DNA from: an uncultured Pseudomonadota bacterium
GTDB lineage: Bacteria; Pseudomonadota; Alphaproteobacteria; Rs-D84
Length of the DNA: 64,000 bases
Assembly (NCBI GenBank): GCA_900320405.1
Contig: OOHM01000001.1
Span: forward strand, 2,843-66,842
Direction: 5' to 3'
In this document: piece after piece, positions 56,359 through 64,000 of the stretch
Position numbering within the stretch: the stretch's first letter is position 1
How the letters are laid out: every line of letters begins with the position of its first letter
Notes under the pieces: generated by a model
Databases searched by the model: none
Told to the model about the DNA's origin: nothing
Seen by the model: only the letters and a program-made list of their open reading frames with translations
Translations under genes and position numbers: made by a program

Positions 56359-57498
56359 ATGTTCAAACGCACGGAAGAAAGCAAACTGACCAGTTGGTTT
56401 TTTGAAATCGACAGACGCCTTCTTTATGTGGTTCTGTTGATGATTGCGATTGGTATGTGTTTTGCCGTTTCCGCGGGCAGTGTCGCGGCCGAGCGTATAA
56501 ATCAACCGTGGTATTTCTTTATTGCCAAGGCGTTCCCGTTTTATATTATTGGTATTGCCACATTATTCGTGACCAGTTTGTTGAACAAGAAAGTTATTTT
56601 GGGAATTTCTATTGCAGATGTTGCGGTTGGTTTGGTCTTATTGATGATGACGGTTGTGTCACCACATATCATCAAGGGTTCTGCGCGATTTGTGTCTATG
56701 GGGCCGGTAAATATTTTGCCATCTGATATTATGAAGCCCGGTTTTATTATGTTGACCGCGTGGTTTTTGGCGGCGATGCGACATCGTTTTGGTGAAAAAA
56801 TGTTCGTGGTTCGCCCTGCGTGGAAAATTCGGTGGTTAAGTTGGTGGTCGTATATTGTATTGTTTGTACCGGTATTGGTGATTATTTTAAGACACCCTGA
56901 TGTGGGGACTTCATTATTATACCTTGGGGTATTGATGGCTATGTTGTTGATTGCTGGTCTGCCGTGGTATGTATTTGGTGGACTTGTTGCGGCGGGTGGC
57001 GGGATATTGGTATTTGCGTATCATACGATGTCGCACGTGCATAATCGTATTGATGCAATGTTGACCGGTACCGGCGACACATACCAGGTGACCCAGTCTG
57101 TCCAATCTATACAACACGGCGGTTTATTTGGTCGTGGTGATGACGCATTTATCAAACAATCGTTGCCCGATGCGCACACAGATTTTATTTACGCGGCAAT
57201 CGTTGAAGATTTGGGCGCGATAATGGCGTGTTTGTTGTTGGGGTTATTGGTGTATGTGTTAAAATTATTGGTGACCGATGCATTGAATGCGCGCGACCGT
57301 TTCGTGTTCTATGCGGTTGGTGGTACGGCGGCATTATTTGGAATTCAGGCGTGCATAAATTTAATATCTACATTGCATTTGTTTGCGCCAAAGGGTATGA
57401 CTTTGCCGTTTATATCGTACGGGGGCAGTTCACTGATTGGTTTTTGCCTGTTGTTCGGTATGGTATTGGCGATTGTGCGTGAAGATAAATGGAAATAG
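56359..57498 (+). CDS. ftsW: SEDS peptidoglycan polymerase FtsW
   Basis: LPDAHTDFI, KGMTLPFISYGGSS; located between mraY and murG. Confidence 0.92.
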   Translation: MFKRTEESKLTSWFFEIDRRLLYVVLLMIAIGMCFAVSAGSVAAERINQPWYFFIAKAFPFYIIGIATLFVTSLLNKKVILGISIADVAVGLVLLMMTVVSPHIIKGSARFVSMGPVNILPSDIMKPGFIMLTAWFLAAMRHRFGEKMFVVRPAWKIRWLSWWSYIVLFVPVLVIILRHPDVGTSLLYLGVLMAMLLIAGLPWYVFGGLVAAGGGILVFAYHTMSHVHNRIDAMLTGTGDTYQVTQSVQSIQHGGLFGRGDDAFIKQSLPDAHTDFIYAAIVEDLGAIMACLLLGLLVYVLKLLVTDALNARDRFVFYAVGGTAALFGIQACINLISTLHLFAPKGMTLPFISYGGSSLIGFCLLFGMVLAIVREDKWK

Positions 57499-57511
57499 CA
57501 AGGGGTTGAAT

Positions 57512-58558
57512 ATGAAAATATGGGTTGCAACGGGTGGAACGGGTGGACATGTTTTTCCGGCATTGGCGGTCGCGACCGAATTGGCGTCGCGTGGGCATAA
57601 AATAACCGTATCGTGCGATGGTCGCGTAAATAAAATGGTTGCCGATGGTGCACCAACGGGTGCGCGGCGCGTTCATATATGGGCATCCGGTGTCGGTGCA
57701 AAAAGTCGTATAAAACAGATGTGGGCGTTATTCAAAATAGGAATGTCTGCGATTGCGTTGATTTTACGATTTGTGTTTTCGCGTCCAAATCGTGTTGTCG
57801 CGTTTGGGGGATATGCGTCTGTGCCGGTTGTGTTCGCGGCACATATTTGGGGAATTCCAACATATCTGCACGAACAGAACGGTGCAATTGGTCGTGCAAA
57901 CCGGTTCGCGATGCGTTGGGTAAAAACATTGATGACCAGTTTTCATAATGTTTCCGGTATTCCGCAAAATTCTGGTGCACGCGTGGTATATACAGGTTTG
58001 CCGGTTCGTCGCGAATTTATTGAACACGCGGGCACGCCATTGCCGGGAAAAACCCATATACTGGTGACGGGCGGATCTTTGGGAGCGCAAATTTTGGATA
58101 CGGTTGTGCCAATTGCGGTGCGGGATATGAAAAATAAAAAGATTTTTATAACACACCAAACGCGCCCAGAAAATGTTGCGCGCCTGCAAAAATTCTATGC
58201 AGATAACAAAATACACGCAAATGTATTGTCTTTTATTCGCGATATGGCGGACGCAATTACGGATTCTGATTTGGTTATTGGTCGCAGCGGGGCCAGCACA
58301 GTTATAGAATTGACCACAATTGGGCGCCCGGCGATATTGGTTCCGTTGTCGATTAACCCAGACCAGGCCGCCAATGCCGCGAATTTTGAAAAATTGGGTG
58401 GCGGATTTTCGGTGCCCCAAGACAAATTTACCCCGAAATGGTTGACGGCAACATTGACCGAATTGTTTGAAAACCCGACGCGTTTGGAAAAAATGGCAAA
58501 GAAATCGTTGGTAAAAAATGATGCGGTTCAAATGATTGCCGATACGGTTACGGCATAA
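57512..58558 (+). CDS. murG: MurG glycosyltransferase
   Basis: GGTGGHVFPA, GGYAS, HEQN, GGSLGA, RSGAST. Confidence 0.95.
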   Translation: MKIWVATGGTGGHVFPALAVATELASRGHKITVSCDGRVNKMVADGAPTGARRVHIWASGVGAKSRIKQMWALFKIGMSAIALILRFVFSRPNRVVAFGGYASVPVVFAAHIWGIPTYLHEQNGAIGRANRFAMRWVKTLMTSFHNVSGIPQNSGARVVYTGLPVRREFIEHAGTPLPGKTHILVTGGSLGAQILDTVVPIAVRDMKNKKIFITHQTRPENVARLQKFYADNKIHANVLSFIRDMADAITDSDLVIGRSGASTVIELTTIGRPAILVPLSINPDQAANAANFEKLGGGFSVPQDKFTPKWLTATLTELFENPTRLEKMAKKSLVKNDAVQMIADTVTA

Positions 58559-58610
58559 TATCCCAAAATACCGGCAAATATTGCCGGTGTTTATTTTTGT
58601 AAAATAATAC

Positions 58611-58639
58611 TTGTGTTATTTTTTCAAACCTGTTATGAT
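58611..58639 (+). promoter_or_regulatory. Putative sigma70 promoter of leader copy 2
   Basis: TTGTGT-17 nt-TATGAT. Confidence 0.5.
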
Positions 58640-58644
58640 AGGTA

Positions 58645-58855
58645 TGAATCCAATTGAAGTTGTTGGGTTTGGGATTGTGAAGGGGTTCCAAACAGGCATG
58701 GCACAACGCATACAACAATTTCTGTTTGTATGGTGTGTCGCCCGATTTTCCCCGTTATGGGGTCGGGGTGCCGAATGTGTATATCTGAAGACATTCGGAG
58801 TCATTTGCTTGTATGATTCCTCAACGCCCCGACACACACTTCCAAATTTGATTCA
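58645..58855 (+). ncRNA. Candidate structured leader RNA, copy 2
   Basis: Same motif blocks and covarying stems as 29980..30150 on the minus strand. Confidence 0.65.
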
Positions 58856-58894
58856 CGCACAACAACAGATTCCATAGGAAGGGGGAAAATCATC

Positions 58895-59470
58895 ATGAAA
58901 AAATTGGCATTTATATCGTTGGCGGCGATAATGGCGTCGTTTGCCGCGTCCGCAGACACAATCGTTACATCAAAGACATATGTTGATTCCAAAGATAATT
59001 TAAAACAAAATGCAATTACCGCCGGTGCGGCAAACAGTGTTGCGTTATATACTGGCACAACCACGACAAATGGTGGTGCAGATTTTACATCAAGAAATTT
59101 GTACAGCGATACCACCGCATCCAACTATGTCGCGAATACTCACTCAACTTATATTCCAACAATGGGTGCGGTTATGGCCCAGATTACAAGCAGTGTTCCG
59201 TCAGGGACGGCAAATAATGTTGCAACATACGATGCCCAGGGTAAATTAAGTGCGACCGGTCGCGGTGTTTACAGTGATGCATCGTCATACACGGCGGCCA
59301 ACGATGCGGATAAATTGGTCGCGGCATCCGCATTGAATACGGTTAAAACGGCGGTTGATACATTACAAAATTGCACGCATACATGTGCATCCAGTGACCC
59401 AACCAATGCGCCAAATGCATGTGATTTGATAACAATCAATTGTGTCCAAACGGCATCGCAGGGTGGTTAG
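58895..59470 (+). CDS. Secreted VTSxxYVD-family protein
   Basis: Signal peptide, ADTIVTSKTYVDSKDNLKQN; internal duplication GxANxVAxY..RxxYSD..xY. Confidence 0.8.
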   Translation: MKKLAFISLAAIMASFAASADTIVTSKTYVDSKDNLKQNAITAGAANSVALYTGTTTTNGGADFTSRNLYSDTTASNYVANTHSTYIPTMGAVMAQITSSVPSGTANNVATYDAQGKLSATGRGVYSDASSYTAANDADKLVAASALNTVKTAVDTLQNCTHTCASSDPTNAPNACDLITINCVQTASQGG

Positions 59471-59571
59471 GGCGTATGCTGATATAACATTTGCCGTGCA
59501 TTCCTCCGCACGGCATTTTTTATCCTGTGATTGATATTACGGAAATAAAAAAATCGCCATTTGGCGATTTT

Positions 59572-59724
59572 TTAATTTGCCGCGGTGACCGCAATACGTT
59601 TGCGACCCGATGCCCTGCGACGATTCAAAACGTCGCGACCGCCCTTGGTTGCCATACGCGCGCGAAAACCGTGCGTGCGAATACGACGTGTTTTTGACGG
59701 TTGATAAGTTCTCTTTGTTGCCAT
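59572..59724 (-). CDS. rpmH: 50S ribosomal protein L34 (absent from the ORF track)
   Basis: Hand translation [50 protein letters not shown]. Confidence 0.95.
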   Translation of the reverse strand: MATKRTYQPSKTRRIRTHGFRARMATKGGRDVLNRRRASGRKRIAVTAAN

Positions 59725-60068
59725 GTCAAATCCTTTTGTGCCATATATTTAATCATAAGTTTTTCAAAAACGCAACTATTTTATTTACTTTTTACCAAAC
59801 CCAGTTTTTGCAGTGCCAATAATATCAAATGATATATAAATAATGCCGCAAAAATGTTCCAAAATGGTAAAAATAATTTTGATGTTTTTTCCACCGGATA
59901 TTCCTATGTTTTTTTGTGTTGTTTTCGTGGCTTATTGTATTACCAATAAAATTGTTTGTCAATGTTTTTGTGTCACATTTTTTTGCTGAATTTTTTGGTT
60001 TATTTCTTGACCGCGCGACTAAAAATTTGCTATCTTTTATATACCATAAAACAAGGGAAAGTGAAGTT

Positions 60069-62813
60069 ATGTCAGAAATTGAAAACACAAACGAAATAAA
60101 CACGATAAAGGTTCCACAATCTTCAATTGAACACGAAATGCGTACGTCTTTTTTGGACTATGCTATGTCCGTTATTGTGGACCGTGCGTTGCCCGATGTG
60201 CGTGACGGTTGTAAACCGGTACATCGCCGCATTTTATATGTTATGAACGATGTTGCACCGGCGACCAAACCGACGGTAAAATCTGCGCGTATTGTTGGTG
60301 ATGTTATGGGTAAATATCACCCCCACGGCGACAGTTCTATTTACGAGGCAATGGTTCGTATGGGCCAAGATTTTTCTATGGGCGAAATGTTGGTCCAAGG
60401 TCAGGGTAATTTTGGTTCACGCGACGGCGATAAAGCCGCGGCCATGCGTTATACCGAGGCGCGACTTTCCAAACTGGGTGCGTCGTTGATGGAAGATATG
60501 GACAAAGACACGGTTGATTGGCAACCGAACTTTGACGGCACTTTGCAAGAACCGGTTGTGTTGCCGACCAAGTTTCCAAATTTCTTGGTGAACGGGGGGT
60601 CGGGTATTGCGGTTGGTATGGCGACCAATGTCCCGACATATAATCTGGGCGAAATTTGCAATGGTATTTTGGCGGTATTGGATAATCGGGAATTGACCGA
60701 TGATGAATTGTTCCAAATTATTCCGGGGCCGGATTTCCCGACGGGTGCGGTTATTATGGGGCGTGCCGGTGCGTATAAAGCGCACACAACCGGTCGCGGT
60801 TCGATAATTGTGCGTGCGAAAACGCATATGGAAAAATTCCACGATCACGATGCAATTATCGTAGACGAAATCCCGTACCAGGTGAACAAGGCCCAGTTGA
60901 TTATCAAAATCGCAGAATTGGCCAAGGATAAAAAGATAGAGGGTATAAGTGAAATTCGCGATGAATCGTCCAAGGAAGGTCTGCGCATTGTTATTGAGTT
61001 GAAACGTGATGCGATATCTGATGTGGTTCTGAATCATTTATTCCAATACACGGAAATGCAGACGAATTTCCCGGTGAATATGATGGCATTGAATCGTGGT
61101 CGTCCAATGTTGTTCAATGTTCGTGGCGTGTTGGATGCGTTTATTGAATTCCGTGAAGAGGTTATTCGTCGTCGCACAATATTTGATTTGAACAAGGCGC
61201 GTAATCGTGCACACACTTTGTTGGGATTGTCGGTTGCGGTTGGTAATTTGGACGAAGTAATCGAATTGATAAAATCATCTGCAAATCCGGAAGAGGCGCG
61301 CGTCGCATTGGTTTCGCGTGGATGGCGGGCATCGGATATTGAAAACTATATCAAATTGATTGATGACCCGAACACAGAATACAAAGATGGTATGTTCTAT
61401 ATGTCCGAAGACCAGGCGCGTGCGATTTTGGAATTGCAATTGCATCGTTTGACCGGTTTGGAACGTGATAAACTGCATGCCGATTTGGTGGAATTGGGCG
61501 CAACGATTCGTGACTTGCTGGATATATTGGCATCACACGAACGCATAATTCAAATTATTCGCGAAGAAACAACCGCGGTGCGTGATAATTGGGCGTCTCC
61601 GCGTCGCACGGAAATTTCTGATGCGGAAATCGATATTGATATCGAAGATTTAATCGCACGTGAAGATATGGTTGTGACAGTTTCTAACACCGGTTATATC
61701 AAACGGGTTGCGCTGGATACATATCGTGCGCAAAAACGTGGGGGCAAGGGCCGTAATGCAATGACAACCAAAGACGACGACTATGTGGTCCAGGTTTTTG
61801 TTGCAAACACACATACGCCGTTGCTGTTCTTCTCGTCCCGCGGTCTGTGTTATAAATTAAAAACATATAAATTACCCGAAGCGGCGGCCGCGGCCAAGGG
61901 GCGTCCGTTGGTAAACCTGTTGCCGTTGGAAAATGGTGAAACGATTACCGCGATTTTGCCGGTACCCGAAGAAGGTGTTGCGGCAATTCAAAATTCCGGT
62001 ATGGAACATTTCTTGATGTTTGTGACTGCGTCGGGAACCGTGCGTCGTAATCGTATGTCGGATTTTGATTCAATTCGTGCCAACGGAAAAATTGCAATGA
62101 AACTGGACGAAGGTGACAGTTTGGTTTCTGTTCTGCCTTGTAACGAAAACCAAGATGTGTTCTTGGCAACATATCGTGGCCGTGCAATACGTTTCCCGGT
62201 TCCGGAAATTCGTGTCTTTGCGGGGCGTAATTCGACCGGTGTGCGTGGTATCACACTATCCAAAGATGACCGTATTATTGGTATGTCCATGTTGAATCGT
62301 GGGGAATCTGATTCTGCGGTTCGTGCCGCATATGTGAAACAATCGCGTGCCGCGCGCCGTGCTGCAACCGGCATCGAAGAAGAGGCGGACACGACCGAAG
62401 AAGAAACCACAGATTTGGTTCTGGATGATGCGAAAATGGCGGAAATGGCGAAAAAAGAAGAATTTATCTTGACCATTTCTGAAAATGGATTTGGTAAACG
62501 GACATCTTCGTATGAATATCGTTTGACCCATCGTGGTGGTGGTGGATTTACCAACATTAAACTTGGTGGAAAAAATACTGCGGTTGCGGGGTCTTTCCCG
62601 GTGAATGCGGAAAACGATATTATTATGGTGACGAATGGTGGAAAAATTATTCGCACACCTGCATCAGACATCCGTATTGCGGGACGCAGTACCGCCGGCG
62701 TGACATTATTCCGCACGGCGGAAAATGAAAAGGTTATGTCTGCAATATCTATTGAATCGGACGGCACAGGCGAATCCGAATCTGAAATATCAGAACAGGT
62801 GACAAATGGATAA
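60069..62813 (+). CDS. gyrA: DNA gyrase subunit A
   Basis: YHPHGDS, AAMRYTE, GyrA-box QKRGGKG. Confidence 0.96.
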   Translation: MSEIENTNEINTIKVPQSSIEHEMRTSFLDYAMSVIVDRALPDVRDGCKPVHRRILYVMNDVAPATKPTVKSARIVGDVMGKYHPHGDSSIYEAMVRMGQDFSMGEMLVQGQGNFGSRDGDKAAAMRYTEARLSKLGASLMEDMDKDTVDWQPNFDGTLQEPVVLPTKFPNFLVNGGSGIAVGMATNVPTYNLGEICNGILAVLDNRELTDDELFQIIPGPDFPTGAVIMGRAGAYKAHTTGRGSIIVRAKTHMEKFHDHDAIIVDEIPYQVNKAQLIIKIAELAKDKKIEGISEIRDESSKEGLRIVIELKRDAISDVVLNHLFQYTEMQTNFPVNMMALNRGRPMLFNVRGVLDAFIEFREEVIRRRTIFDLNKARNRAHTLLGLSVAVGNLDEVIELIKSSANPEEARVALVSRGWRASDIENYIKLIDDPNTEYKDGMFYMSEDQARAILELQLHRLTGLERDKLHADLVELGATIRDLLDILASHERIIQIIREETTAVRDNWASPRRTEISDAEIDIDIEDLIAREDMVVTVSNTGYIKRVALDTYRAQKRGGKGRNAMTTKDDDYVVQVFVANTHTPLLFFSSRGLCYKLKTYKLPEAAAAAKGRPLVNLLPLENGETITAILPVPEEGVAAIQNSGMEHFLMFVTASGTVRRNRMSDFDSIRANGKIAMKLDEGDSLVSVLPCNENQDVFLATYRGRAIRFPVPEIRVFAGRNSTGVRGITLSKDDRIIGMSMLNRGESDSAVRAAYVKQSRAARRAATGIEEEADTTEEETTDLVLDDAKMAEMAKKEEFILTISENGFGKRTSSYEYRLTHRGGGGFTNIKLGGKNTAVAGSFPVNAENDIIMVTNGGKIIRTPASDIRIAGRSTAGVTLFRTAENEKVMSAISIESDGTGESESEISEQVTNG

Positions 62814-63207
62814 AGAATACTTTGCATCAATAAACGAAGTATCGCGCGAATTGGGGTTGCCGGCGCACACATTGCGGTATTGGGAAAAACAATTTCCAAC
62901 CGTGGTGCGCCCAATCGCCGGTGCGGGCGGACGGCGGTATTATCGTCCGGAAACGGTTGCGCGCCTGAAAACCATTCAAGATTTATTGTACAATCGTGGT
63001 ATGACCATCGCCGGTGTTAAAAAGTTGATTCATAATGGTGATTTTTCTGCGATGGATATGTCAACGCCGATGCATGAAATCCCCCGCGCCACGACGCATC
63101 ACGATGCATATGAAAATAATTCTGCGCCGATTGCGTCATCATTTGATACAACAAAAATAGATTTGGCGATTGGCCTGCTGACCCAGGCACGCGAACTGTT
63201 GCAATAA
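62806..63207 (+). CDS. MerR-family transcriptional regulator
   Basis: [30 protein letters not shown]. Confidence 0.88.
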   Translation: MDKEYFASINEVSRELGLPAHTLRYWEKQFPTVVRPIAGAGGRRYYRPETVARLKTIQDLLYNRGMTIAGVKKLIHNGDFSAMDMSTPMHEIPRATTHHDAYENNSAPIASSFDTTKIDLAIGLLTQARELLQ

Positions 63208-63273
63208 AAAATATATTTAATTCCCTGTACACCAGAAAAAACAAACCGCGCCAAATGGCGCGCTTTATTTTTT

Positions 63274-63348
63274 TGGCAGTCCCAATGGGAATCGAACCCA
63301 TGTTACCGGAATGAGAATCCGATGTCCTGACCGCTAGACGATGGGACC
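63274..63348 (-). tRNA. tRNA-Glu(CTC)
   Basis: GGTCCCA..TCGGA-TTCTCAT-TCCGG..GGTTCGATTCC..TGGGACT-G-CCA. Confidence 0.93.
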
Positions 63349-63447
63349 AGCGAAGTATGGTCCCATTGTCGTTTTGTCATTCCGATGTATATCGGAACGA
63401 TGGGACCAGCGAAGTATGCGACCATTTTAACGGTTTAATTTTATTTT

Positions 63448-63981
63448 TCAATAATTTTTGTCGCTCAATTTTTTATGCCAGAATTGTTCAACAACCCCGC
63501 GCCAACGGTTTAAGCGGCTTTTATATATTTTATAATCATTTTTTTGCAACATTCCGCGTGATGGCCAATTTCCGTATTCTACGCGCGTGCAGATTTTTTT
63601 AATAGATTTTTGTGTTGCGTATTCTTCGACTAATTTAATCGCCTGCGATGCGATATTTTGTCCTGTACATTCACGCGTCACAAAAATCCACAGTTCTGTT
63701 CGTGGCGAATTTTGTGACATGTCGTCCAATCCAACCACGCCTGCAAATTTACCATCTTGCCGAATTATAAACTTTTTATTGTATGGCAAATCGTGCGCAA
63801 TTTGCGACAATTTTTCCGCCAATATACCCGACATTATAAACACAATGTGTGTAATGGCGGTTGCACGCGCCCACCAAAAATACGGTTCCAATCGTGTTCG
63901 GTTTTCTTTCGTCACAGAATTAAACTCACGAAATTGTGGAATAAAATGGCGCAGTGAAAATTCTTCTAATTCGACACTCAT
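63448..63981 (-). CDS. GNAT (RimL-like) acetyltransferase
   Basis: ENRTRLEPYFWW, FAGVVGL, TGQNIAS, N.PSR. Confidence 0.75.
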   Translation of the reverse strand: MSVELEEFSLRHFIPQFREFNSVTKENRTRLEPYFWWARATAITHIVFIMSGILAEKLSQIAHDLPYNKKFIIRQDGKFAGVVGLDDMSQNSPRTELWIFVTRECTGQNIASQAIKLVEEYATQKSIKKICTRVEYGNWPSRGMLQKNDYKIYKSRLNRWRGVVEQFWHKKLSDKNY

Positions 63982-64000
63982 AACACGCGCATTATAAAAA

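Noticed and set aside
59725-60068. Possible oriC in the AT-rich rpmH-gyrA gap
   Set aside because: No clustered TTATCCACA boxes and no dnaA nearby; divergent promoters explain it

Overview
Chromosomal window from a host-associated alphaproteobacterium; the 16S sequence and gene style suggest a gut Rs-D84/RF32-type lineage (inference). Housekeeping content: a complete rrn operon (16S, tRNA-Ile, 23S, 5S), valS, ppdK, rplU-rpmA, dnaQ, uvrD, rpmE, PBP1A, mraY-ftsW-murG, rpmH, gyrA and three further tRNAs. Lineage-specific surface genes are interspersed. The most interesting signal is an apparent control system for five dispersed secreted 'VTSxxYVD' paralogs. Two of them (15680, 39709) lie behind matching pairs of quasi-palindromic sites 85-86 bp apart; one pair is adjacent to a Bacteroides-Mpi-like serine invertase, suggesting dispersed invertible promoters. 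Two others (29932, 58895) share a ~240-250 nt leader with a conserved, covarying RNA structure that has two alternative folds and that I do not recognise as a known family. Also present: an integrase-less island at tRNA-Tyr, five VirB6/TrbL-like paralogs, large Cys-rich secreted proteins, a tRNA-Gly with an A73 discriminator, and a ValRS that looks chimeric. All family assignments are by eye; no searches were run.
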